From NCBI GenBank assembly GCA_010909165.1, contig MU008199.1:204248-268247 (forward strand): a stretch of 64,000 nucleotides of DNA, in the 5' to 3' direction. This stretch comes from Anthoceros angustus (taxonomy: Eukaryota > Plantae > Anthocerotophyta). Below are positions 48,022-57,841 of the stretch, piece by piece; position 1 is the stretch's first letter; each line of letters starts with the position of its first letter. The position numbers and the translations under genes were made by a program. The notes under the pieces were generated by a model. That model was not told the DNA's origin. It saw only the letters and a program-made list of their open reading frames with translations, and did no database searches.

Positions 48022-48206
48022 GGGACAAGATATAGTCGACAGTGAGCGTCGGAAGAGAGAGAAGGCGCAGGAGCGTAATAGCAAGTTTTTAAGAGAGGGT
48101 TGCATGCCTCTCCCGTGTCCGTGAGTACAGATACTCGTTTTTGAGACTGTAAAGGACACCTTAATTACGCCCCTAGCTTTATTTCCATTTTGAAAATATT
48201 TCAACT

Positions 48207-48215
48207 AAGTGGGAG
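48207..48215 (+). promoter_or_regulatory. Polypurine tract
   Basis: AAGTGGGAG immediately before the 3' LTR. Confidence 0.75.
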
Positions 48216-48455
48216 TATTAGAATATGTTTAAGTTAGTAACTGTTTTGGCAGTTATCTACCTAGCTAATGGTAGTTTTATATTTTCAGTTTGATCGGTTT
48301 AATAACCGAATGAGCCTTAGGCTATATAACACTCTTTCTTTTCAATACACATGAACACATCTTTCGCTTATTTAGATGTACACGTGCACTTGCCCACTAT
48401 CCGTGTTTGATCACCGCCAGTGAAGATCCTCATGGCGCTCACCTCCATGCTTTTA
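48216..48455 (+). repeat. Copia 3' LTR (240 bp)
   Basis: Near-identical to the 5' LTR; followed by TSD GGATG. Confidence 0.95.
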
Positions 48456-48460
48456 GGATG

Positions 48461-48767
48461 TTGGACCAAGAGGCGGTAGAAGTTTCACTTGGAGGGAGAT
48501 CTATTGTTCCACTTTCAACTTGTCACCTCTTTGGTGGACAAGTATGGGGATAGCTACACCCTGGAACAGGTCCATGAAGAAGCGGAGCGCAAGGAAATCG
48601 CGTTTTCAGCGTATGCTTCTCGACACTCCAAGGCCTTCACGCACTATCAAAGCATGTTTTCCAGCAAGGGGAACACATCCGGAGGCGTGGGATCAGGGGT
48701 TTCTGTAGAATGGGTTTTTGCATCCAAAGACGCAAGGAGGCCACATTTACCCTCTATGTCGTTATAG
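48461..48767 (+). pseudogene. Gypsy-like gag, C-terminal part resuming after the Copia
   Basis: LEGDLLFHFQLVTSLVDKYGDSYTLEQVHEEAERKEIAF continues the gag broken at 34428, joined by the TSD. Confidence 0.6.
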
Positions 48768-49264
48768 TCCTAGGATTCGATCCCAAGGGAATGGTTTTGT
48801 GTCAAGATGTTCCAAAACTATGGATTCTAGTCCTCCTACAATGGGCCTACCACCACAATCAACTACTGTCCAACCCCACATCGCAGGTAAGTTCGGCTAC
48901 CGCTGTGGTGGATCGCCACCGCTGGTGGGACCCACCTGACCGGGCGCGGCCAAGGCCGCGACGACTATTTGGCGCCCGGCCCCGCCACGCACGTTAAGGG
49001 CTATGGTCCTATGCACATAGATTCACATGTACACCAAGTCACACTCATGCGGATTCACACCCAGCTCATCGTGGATGCACACCATGGCCACGCACGCCTG
49101 GCACCTCACTCCGATTTCCTCACCCCACAATTTATTCCCAACCTTCCTCGGCCGCTTTTCCACTCTCGCTCCACCACTTTCTAGACTCCCTTCACACAAC
49201 GACTCCCTCACCCCTTTCTAGGACCTCATACACCACCGCACAAGATGTTCCCATGATCCTCCTT

Positions 49265-49385
49265 TCTCGCCACACAGACCTCTCTTGGGCCACACAGACC
49301 CTCCTTGGGCCACAGACTCCCTTGGGCCACAGACCCCTTGACCACATGCACTCCTCGGCCACACAGACCCTCCTGGGCCACATGA
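49265..49385. repeat. About six imperfect copies of a roughly 20-bp unit CC(T)CTTGGGCCACA(CA)GAC
   Basis: Directly visible tandem array. Confidence 0.75.
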
Positions 49386-49504
49386 CTCCTTGAATTCGAC
49401 ACAATTTGGTTAGACAATGGGTTGGGAAAGCGAAAAACATGGGTTTTGCTCCACAGGGATTCAGAGACACCGATCTCACTCCCGCCCTCACGGAATTTCC
49501 TCTT

Positions 49505-50437
49505 GCATGCTGATACTAATCTCTCGCACTTGGGTTTAGTGTTTGATTAGCATTAATTAATCTAATTACTTATCTTTAAGTAAGTAATTAGTGTTAATTA
49601 ATCTAAAGTGCTTATGTTAATTAAGCGTTGATTAGTGTTAATTAAACATGGTTAGCAATAGCTAATGGATAAGCTCAAGTAATATGCTTTGGCATATTCC
49701 TTGCATATTATATAGTGTATTCTTAGGATACACAGCTAAGTGGATAAGCTCAAGTAATATGCTTTGGCGGCTTGCATATTATAGTGTATTCTTAGATATT
49801 TCATATCTGATAGGATATCTTAGATATAGTGCAGTCTAGTATATATATCCCTTCCATGAGGACAAGCTCGGATCATAGCTTGTCCTCTAGATATGCAAAT
49901 GCTGAGCGTTGTGAGGAGGCCAAAGCTGCTGACTCAGAGCGATGTGTGAGGAATTTGCGTGTTGTTCCTGTGGGGAGAGTGTGTTTGTGCCACGCGTGCG
50001 AGCTACTCCCTCTGTTTATTATTGGTTTGCATATTCCGCCAGTATTAGATTTGTTTGCTTAGTTGTTGGTCGAGGAAGTGCTTATATGAATTCAAGTGCT
50101 TACCTGCGACCTCTCCGGCGCGTTGAGCACCCTTCACCACTAGTCACCGGGGCCAGCTTGGTCCGACTCTCGATCATCCAGGATCTCGCCTCTTGTGGCG
50201 AGAGGACAACCTGCCAATCGATATTGTGGCGTGACTTCGTGATTGATGGCCGGGTACGCACAATCCGATGTCGTTGTAAGGAGTCCGCTCCCAAGAGAAT
50301 GGTAGCTCCGCTTGCCACGCTTCAATCGCTCTCACCTCACTTAAGGTCCAGTCTCGCAACTTTTATCGTTTCACACCCTACTACCCAACGTTCACCGGGC
50401 CGGTCGGCAAAGCGTTAAGGACAGTTGGCGTCCATCG
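49505..50437 (+). mobile_element. Probable LTR E with a non-chromovirus-type PBS
   Basis: Ends ...GTTAAGGACA (50422) followed by GTTGGCGTCCATCGT, similar to the TGGCGCC-type PBS of Tat/Athila elements. TATATATA near 49840. The left boundary is uncertain. Confidence 0.4.
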
Positions 50438-50494
50438 TTCAAGTTCGTCACTCATCCATCTAGTCCGCTCCTCTCACCTGCTCACTACACTCAT

Positions 50495-53400
50495 CGCCCT
50501 GGGAAAAACGCGGGTGGCTATGCGGTCCGGACCTCCTCCAGTAACTCTCTAGGGCCTCTCCGTCCGGCTCTTGCCACGCCTCAGGGTTCCTCGCTCACCG
50601 GTTCGATCAGTCCAGCCATTTGGGCCTTTCTGGATGAGCAAGGGTCCTGTATTTATTCACACACACCACCACACGTTAGGGCTCAAGACCTTGATCGATC
50701 TCTCATTTGTCATTGCTCGATGACTCGGGACTCGCGTTAACAAGAAGGCACTCAAGAGCCTCGCCCGGGCAGCAGCGACAACACCAAGAGAAAGATGCTT
50801 TACTCGGGCGCCTCTTATACTACGCGAGAAGGTCGGCGCCTTTATTACACCTCTATTTTGAGGTGAGGGCCGGTCAGCGCCTAATCGGCCGCCTACTCTT
50901 CTCCCTATTCCTCCTATCTCGTCGGTGGTGGGGTGGGATGGCTCGATTCGTCTTGGCACCGGCCCAAGCCGAGCCCCCGACGATCGCGGGCGCACCTAAT
51001 CGGATGATCGCGGTAGACCCTACCTCTCCCAGGGGTCTGTGTTTTCGCGGGCGGCGACAGCAGCTCACCACTAAGTCCTCCTCCCCTCCTCTCTTATCTC
51101 TCCGGGCCCCTCGCAGTGACTCCTCAAGATGGATCACAGTGATCGGTGGCTCTCCCCACTCCACAGTGGACCTCGGGACCCTGCCTCGACTCCCGGGGTC
51201 CAGGACCTCTGGGTCCCAGGTCCTCCGGGTCCGGCCTTCTTCTCGAGTTCGGACCTCGGGGCCGGACTTGCCTGGGTCAGGTCCTCACAGGCCCAACCTT
51301 CCACAGTCAGGACCTCGTGGGTCTCTCACTAGAGTCCAGGACCTCTAAGTTCGGACTTCCTTGAGGGCCGGACTTTGGGATTCGCCTTTCCTCGAGTTCG
51401 GACAAAGTCCCACCCACGGCTCACTGGTTACGCCTCCTCACGGGTGATCACGGGCTCATCCACCAGGCCCTCCCTTGGTTCCCGAGTGCCGGTTAGCCTT
51501 CCACGGCCTCCCAGGCCCTCCTCCCTTCCTTGTCTGGGAGGTGCAGTGCTTACCTCAGGCGTGTTGTCCTTCCGTCTGCCTCCGCTTCCTTCCTCCGGGT
51601 CCGGTCTTCCGAGACCTTGGCTCGGACCTCGTGGTCCGGGTCCTTCCTCTCGCTCCTCCTTCCGACCGGAAGTCCGCTCACTGCCTGGGGAGTGGCGCAG
51701 AGACCTCAGAGCCTTGAGGGGCTCTGGCAGTGGTAAGTCGGGAATCGACTTCTTGAATTACCTCCTCCACATGGGCCGGAGCACCGGCATTCCCTCACTT
51801 GGTGCTTGGCGGTGGGCATCTTGCCTCCGCCGCCTTCTTGACCCGTCTCCATTGCCGAGCTTACCGGTGCGGTAGAGGCGGACTCCTCGATGCCACCAAA
51901 GCGGCCTCAGAGCACCTCCTGCTGACCTTCGGCTGTCAGCGGTCTCCTCTCAGTCGTCGTTCCAGCTCTGCCATGCCCCTCCCCTCCAGTGCACCTAAGG
52001 TCCCCTATTTCCCGTGCCTCAGCTCCTCCTCACGGCTCGGTACTGCTCTGTGCCTTTATTCGGCCTTGAGTTGGCAGCAGCTCCCGGTCTCCCTCCACCG
52101 GTTCCGATCACGTGGTAGTGATCGGTCAACCTTGCCGGCTTGCTTCTCATGTTGCCTTAACTGCGCCTATTGATCGATGTTGGGCCAGCGGCGCCTCGGC
52201 CAGTCATGACCCTCTCCGCCTCCTTGCCTCCTCCTCCTCACGGCTGCTCTCCTCATCGCCCAGCTGCTTGTCGTCAGCAGTGGCTCCTAGGAATCCCGTG
52301 GGCTGCATCGTCCTTCCTCTCGCTCCTCCTTCCGACCCTTCCGGAAGTCCGCTCACTGCCTGGGTGGCGCAGAGACCTGAGCCTTGAGGCTCATGTGGCA
52401 AAGTCGGGAATCGACTTCTTGAATTGCCTCCTCCACATGGGCCGGGCATTCCCTCACTTGGAGGTGCTTGGCGGTGGGCATCTTGCCTCTTGACCCGTCT
52501 CCATTGCGACTTACCGGTGCAGTAGACTCCTCGATGCTGGCGGCCTCAGAGCACCTCCTGCAGACCTTCGGCTGCTGCCGCGTTCTCCTCCTCAGTGATC
52601 GTTCCTCACTGCCACCTCTACCTCCAGTGCACCTAAGGTCCCCTATTTAGTGCGACCTCTCCTCCTCACGGCTCGGCAGCTTGCTCTCTGCACTGCTCGG
52701 CCTTGAGTTGGCAGCACTCCCGCCTCCCTCCACCGGTTCCGATCACGTGGTAGTGATCGGTCAACCTTTCTTCGCGGCTTGCTTCAGCCGCACTCATTGA
52801 TCGATGTTGGGCCACGCCTCGGCCAGTCGCGAGCCCTCTCCGCCTCCTTGCGCCTCCCCAACCGTGCGCATAGATCTTGCGTGCTTGGCCTCCTGCACCT
52901 CGGTTTATTCACCCAGTTGGAGGACCTTGGTCCGGTCTTCCGAGGACCTTGGCTCGGACCTCGCGCTCGCCTCCGCTGGTTCCCTTCCTCGATCGCGGGG
53001 CTTAGCCTTCTTCCTTGCCTCCTCCCATTACGGCCGGTCAGGGTGGCGCTTGATGATGATGTTACGTTCCACCAGCTCCATGGCTCCCAAACCTCCGCCG
53101 CCTTCTTGGGTCCCATCTTCCGCTCCTGCTCCCATTTCTTTGGAGTGTGAGGCTCATGATTGTCCGTTCCTTGGCAGCGCGTGAGTTTGCTTCCCTCGTG
53201 AAGTGTCGAGGCGGGAGGGTGCTCGATCACACGAGACAACGCCGAGGGTGTCGGCGAGAGCATCTGCGATCGCTGCGAAGTTGCTTGGAAGAATGACCTC
53301 GCCTTGCCTCTGGGTCGGAAGTAGCAGGTCGCGCGGAGGTGGCTCATTTGTCGTGGCTGGGGCACTCGCATGGCTTACTCGCCTTCGCCCGCCCACTCGG

Positions 53401-54880
53401 CCTTCTGTTGTCGTGCAGTCTGGGCGTGAATACCCTTATGACCCCACAGCAGTACTCGGACTGCACGCTACATGCAGTCTTCCATTCAGTAGTCCGTGGC
53501 TGCAGCTGTCTACTCACGCCCCAACTTCTAAATTACCTTCTTGGGCGCCATCCCAATGTCGACCGGGGTGGGGTCCGAACTTATCCAGGTACTCGATTAG
53601 GTCCGGGGTCCTTGAGTGGCTTGGGTCCTTGGTGTGGGGTCGTTACCTACAGGTCAGGGTGCTCGGACACGGTCAGATCTTGCCGTCGTGCTTATTCCTC
53701 CTTTTTAAGCCTTGTTTACACTCCATGCTCCCGAAAAAAACAAACCCACTTATTTCCTAACCCCAAGGAGGGGTTGTCCACACCATCGATCGGATGCCTC
53801 CAACCAACCATGCGCTGGGGTCGGCCTGCGGAGCTCACACCTCAAATTGTCTAACGAGAGAGACGCAAGGGGTCTCATGTACATCCCGACGCCATGGGCT
53901 CGCCTCACTTTTCCAGTGTCTAAAGATGGCTAACCTACCACGAGCGCGCCTACCAATTCGGGTATCTACAGTTCACAAGCTTCCTAGCACCTTATCCTCT
54001 AATCCAAGTGAAAGCCTCTGACCTATGATGCCGCCTCTAAAATCAACGCAGTGGCCGCCTAGCCTCGGCCCATGGTGTTCCCCGCCTCCTACCACGCCGA
54101 TCCGAAGATCCTCCCTTAATATCTCCACCTCACTCCCGCTTATCCGAGGTCCCTTCACTCCTCCTAGGAGGCGCCCTGCGCTCACCGCCTCGCAAGACGC
54201 TTTCTCGCCTCCTCATCTGGAGCCCAAACAAGGCTCCTCCATCCACGCCTAGCCTCCGCCTTGCTCATTTCCGAGCACAACCGTGAAGGGTATGCCCCCC
54301 GTGGACAATCCCCGGCCGGCCGCCTCGAACTGAGGGAGTTGCATCCCTCCCATGGCCCCGACGGTGGCTTCCCCACCTTGGGTCCTTCTTCCGCGACGGC
54401 CGGCTCCACCACCGTGGTGGTCGCCCGCGACGGTGGCCGGCTCCACCACCGTGGTGGCTGCCCATGACGGTGGCTGCCACCACCATGGTGCTGTTGCTCG
54501 CCCTTCTTGGTTGCCTCTCTTGACCCCGGCCCTAGCCTCACCTCTCCGCTTATACCTCTCCGCTAGCTTCTTGAACTTCCAGCAGGTGCCGCTCCACTTG
54601 TTCCCGGCCCTGTCGAATGAAGGATCCCCACCTTATATAGACAATTTTTATTCCTAAAAATCCCAAGGTCTAAGGACTCTCTGGCCTATCATACACAGGT
54701 TCGAGGTCCAAGGACTAATTATTTGTAAAAGTAATATTGTCATGGGCCAAGGACCACTTTTAGTATAAAAGGCCTTGCCTCGGACATTTCCTAAGCACCC
54801 CATCACACAAAACATAAGAAAAACAAAAAAACATTCAAACCAATAAATTGGGAGGGTTAGTGTACATGTGGTCTTCCACA
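50495..54880 (+). mobile_element. Element D: relative of B and C, internally deleted, with its ORF on the minus strand
   Basis: Ends ...CTTCCACA at 54880, with TATAAAAG near 54765 and AATAAA near 54842. 52800-53460 on the minus strand aligns with 56690-57130 and 58740-59060 (MGPKKAAEVWEPW in both). The terminal 300 bp resemble A1/A2. The left end is garbled. Confidence 0.6.
51640..52820. repeat. About 650-bp tandem duplication within D, second copy deletion-rich
   Basis: TCCTTCCTCTCGCTCCTCCTTCCGACC at 51641 and 52311; GATCACGTGGTAGTGATCGG near 52107 and 52741. Confidence 0.8.
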
Positions 54881-55502
54881 GCTTTCCAAGCCCATTGCCA
54901 GCAAAGCACTGTCAAGAGTCATGCCACCTCCACAGGCTATGCACCGTGGGCACTTTGTACCTTTGGCTCCCCATGCTCAAGCTTCCTGGAAGGTTTGTAT
55001 TGTTCCCATTGCAACAAGATCTGGCCATTTTGGTTACGATCTGTTTTCAAAAGCATCCGGAGGCAGAGATATTAGCAAGGATCGGCCCACACCTCTCACC
55101 GGACTCCTACAACAGCTACCGGCGCTCAATGCGTCGAAGGGCCGATCACAGTGGAATGGGCCAAGGCCAAGGAGCGGCTAACGCTAACAAGATTGCCGCA
55201 TTGGAGGCGTGGCGGCACTATACTGCGGCTAGGGAGCCTGTCGCCAGGGGCAGCACCTCCACCTCCAAGCCCGCCGATGTACCCATTTTGGCACCCTACT
55301 GTGAGGAGGGAGAGGAGGATTACGGCCCGCCACATGAGGCCTGACTCCCATCGCCTTGTGGACTCCACGCTGATTCACCCCTACCACATGGGTAGGATGT
55401 GACTTGAAGAAGGCGATTTTGGATGTTGTATGGGACGCCGATCCCCTTACTCGGCAACGAGGCGCTATGCCCGGATCCTTTGCGCCACGTCGGGCCATCC
55501 TG

Positions 55503-55608
55503 TTGGGGACAGGATCACCTAGATGGAGCGCCGAGAGAGCAGCCTCCACATTCAAGTCAAGGGATACCGCCAAATGTGCGCGCTCCATCTAGGTGATCCT
55601 GTCCCCAA
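55503..55608. repeat. Perfect 29-bp inverted repeat with a 48-nt loop
   Basis: TTGGGGACAGGATCACCTAGATGGAGCGC at 55503-55531 and its exact reverse complement at 55580-55608. Confidence 0.95.
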
Positions 55609-55620
55609 ACCAGACGGCCG

Positions 55621-56310
55621 GTGCATTTGAGATCATTTCATATGTATGAAAGCTTGGTGGCTTTGGGCTTGCTTCACTTGCCACAATGTTCTTATCTAAC
55701 AGTGGTACTTTGCCCTTTTGTGCAGCGAGTGAATGCTTGTCTTGAGTGGAGTGCACTCCCAGACAATTTCAAGGAACACGTTATGAAGGCCAAAGCATGG
55801 AAAATAATGGAGGATGAGCAACAACAGTTGTTGGAGACCGCAAGTCCCGACAAGTTAAAGATGTTCAGAGATGACATTGGGAGATCCAGCAAGGTAGGCA
55901 TAATATGTGGGAACATCGTGAGGATGGCCCAGTTTGTGGAACCTCGACCGTATGCTATGCTGCTTCTGGACTTGCCAAGAGGGTTGGGTCTGGATGTTAA
56001 CTCCAGAGAGTATGACACGCGGTTCAGTCGACATGAGTTTGAAAACGTCATAACGCAGTTCCAGGGCATCACAACGTCTGAGGTATTTAGAATCATGGTA
56101 TTTTATTCGCCAGATGATATGTCAATGGTCCGGGATGTATTGCTTGCAAAATGTAAAGGAGGTGTCAATTCGTGCTTCTAGCACAAAACCAATGTGAAAG
56201 CCGCTAGAACGGACAAGTTGTATGATGTAGGTGATTACATCACCACGGGGGCAGGCGCCCTGAACCAGGATTGTCAGCCGCAACATTTCTCCCTCAGTGC
56301 TTGTGGACCG
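55621..56310 (+). pseudogene. Relic of a beta-class amino (N4-cytosine/N6-adenine) DNA methyltransferase-like gene; intron 55621-55725, exon from 55726
   Basis: IICGN...YAMLLLDLPRG...YD...FENVITQF...IMVFYS...SCF(TAG for W)HKTN...KLYDVGDYI follows the PF01555 N-terminal motif order (IxxGD, DPPY, WxKxN). Intron has a CTAAC branch point and a TTTTGTGCAG acceptor. Cut by element C at 56323. Confidence 0.55.
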
Positions 56311-57070
56311 TAGACTCTCCCCCGTAGGAACGTAAAGGGCTAGTTTTTTTGTTTTTTGGGTGTGGACTGAGAAATAAGACAGGAAATAAGGTCAGGATGG
56401 GTAATAAGATGACTGCGGACCTCACTTCGGAGTAGGTAGCTGACTTTGACCGCGCTCCGGAGTCGACAGATGACTCCGGACCTCACTCCGAAGTAGGCAA
56501 GGGACTTCGGACCGCACTCCGGAGGGTCGAGTATCCGCGGACCGCACTCCGGGGTAGATCGCGGTGAGTACGCTAGGGAAAGTAACTTTGGAGCGGGAGC
56601 GATTTTAAGGTGAGGGGCCACGTGGGCACTTGAGAGGTGGACAGGCATGACCGTACGAGGGTTTCTAGTGGCCGTTATAGGCACCTAGGTATTCACGCCC
56701 GAGTGCGCGCCAGCTGGGTAAGGCTACAAGACGCTTGGCGACCAAAGATAAGGCTAGAGTACGCAGTCAACGGCAGTAGCAGAAGGCTAGAGTAAGCCAT
56801 GCAGCCTCGCCACCAAGCGCCTCGCGACGCCTCCAGCGTTTGATTACTCTCGACCGCTGCCCCGAGCGAAGGTCATTCTTCCAAGCGGCCTCGCGACGGT
56901 TTTCGCAGTCTCTCGCGCACAGACACCCTGCTCTCTGGCGTTATCTCTTCAAGCGCCCGTGCGCCCTTACGAGTGGCTCATCTTCGCGGCTGGAGCGATC
57001 GATGCAATGACAGGAGGAAGGAGAATTGCTGAGCCTCAACCCCCAACAGCAGATCAAGAGGAGCACAGCA

Positions 57071-57660
57071 ATGGGGCCCAAGAAGGCGGCGGAGGTGTGG
57101 GAACCCTGGCGCTTAGTGGAACGGAACATCGTCACCAAGCGCTACCCAGATTTCGGACCTTGGTTGGCGGAGGCGGAGGAGCTGGTGGAAGACTAGCACC
57201 TGGATATTTTCCAGGTTGTCTAGTCCGGGAATACGCCCGGAAGATGTTGGCGGTGGCCAACAAGGAGGTCCGCTCCAAGAACCTAAGGGAGAACCCCAGG
57301 AGGTGGACCGTGGAGGTCCTGAGGGCGGTTTACAACCGCCTAGCGAAGGAAGTGGGAGGCGTAGTCCCGGAGCCCCTCAAGCTAAAGGGGAAGGTGGAGG
57401 CGGCAAGGGCGGCTCTTCTGAGGCCAGGGACACAGCGATCCTCCAATGGATGGCTGATGTCGGACCTGCTGGATAGGAGGGTGTGAGCAGTGGCGAAAAT
57501 CATCGTCCACTGGAACATGCTCACCAAGGTGGTCCACCTTGGTGCCAGTCTAGGTTCCAGACTGGCACTAGGCGGAGGAGCTGGTGGCACGGGCTCGGGG
57601 TAGGGTTGGTGACAACTTGCTTGTGTTCCTCCACGCCCTACAGAGAGGGAAACGGGCCCA
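57071..57660 (+). pseudogene. Degraded Athila-ORF-like domain of element C
   Basis: MGPKKAAEVWEPW...FPGCLVREYARK...NPRRWTVEVLRAVY...SNGWLMSDL...V(TGA)AVAKII...PDW...LLVFLHAL across frameshifts and stops. Confidence 0.5.
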
Positions 57661-57841
57661 CTGGGGAAGAATCATCTTCGTCAGGATCAACCAGGAGGCC
57701 AGAAGCTGAGGAGTAAGAAGCCACCCCCGTCGGCGTTGTCACCGTTCATTATCCATGTATGGGGGCACCTGAACCTCTTGAAGGAGGGAGAGGAAGAGCG
57801 GGCGCTCCGGAAGGGTCTGGCGGCCCTGCCCGAAGCAGAGC

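Larger units (their letters stand above)
34429..48455 (+). mobile_element. Full-length Ty1/Copia LTR retrotransposon with non-canonical TA...TA termini and a nested insertion
   Basis: LTRs at 34429-34669 and 48216-48455 (TATTAG...CTTTTA), TSD GGATG at 34424-34428 and 48456-48460, PBS, PPT, and gag-PR-INT-RT-RH domain order. Confidence 0.95.

Noticed and set aside
47497-48204. env-like gene of a Copia/SIRE element
   Set aside because: The ORF is antisense, short, and has its hydrophobic stretch at the N-terminus; SIRE env-like ORFs are sense-strand. Kept as an unknown antisense gene.
50600-54600. Many 60-200-aa ORFs on both strands in GC-rich TE DNA
   Set aside because: They are low-complexity P/S/R/G translations expected from stop-poor GC-rich sequence or antisense shadows of the coiled-coil ORF.
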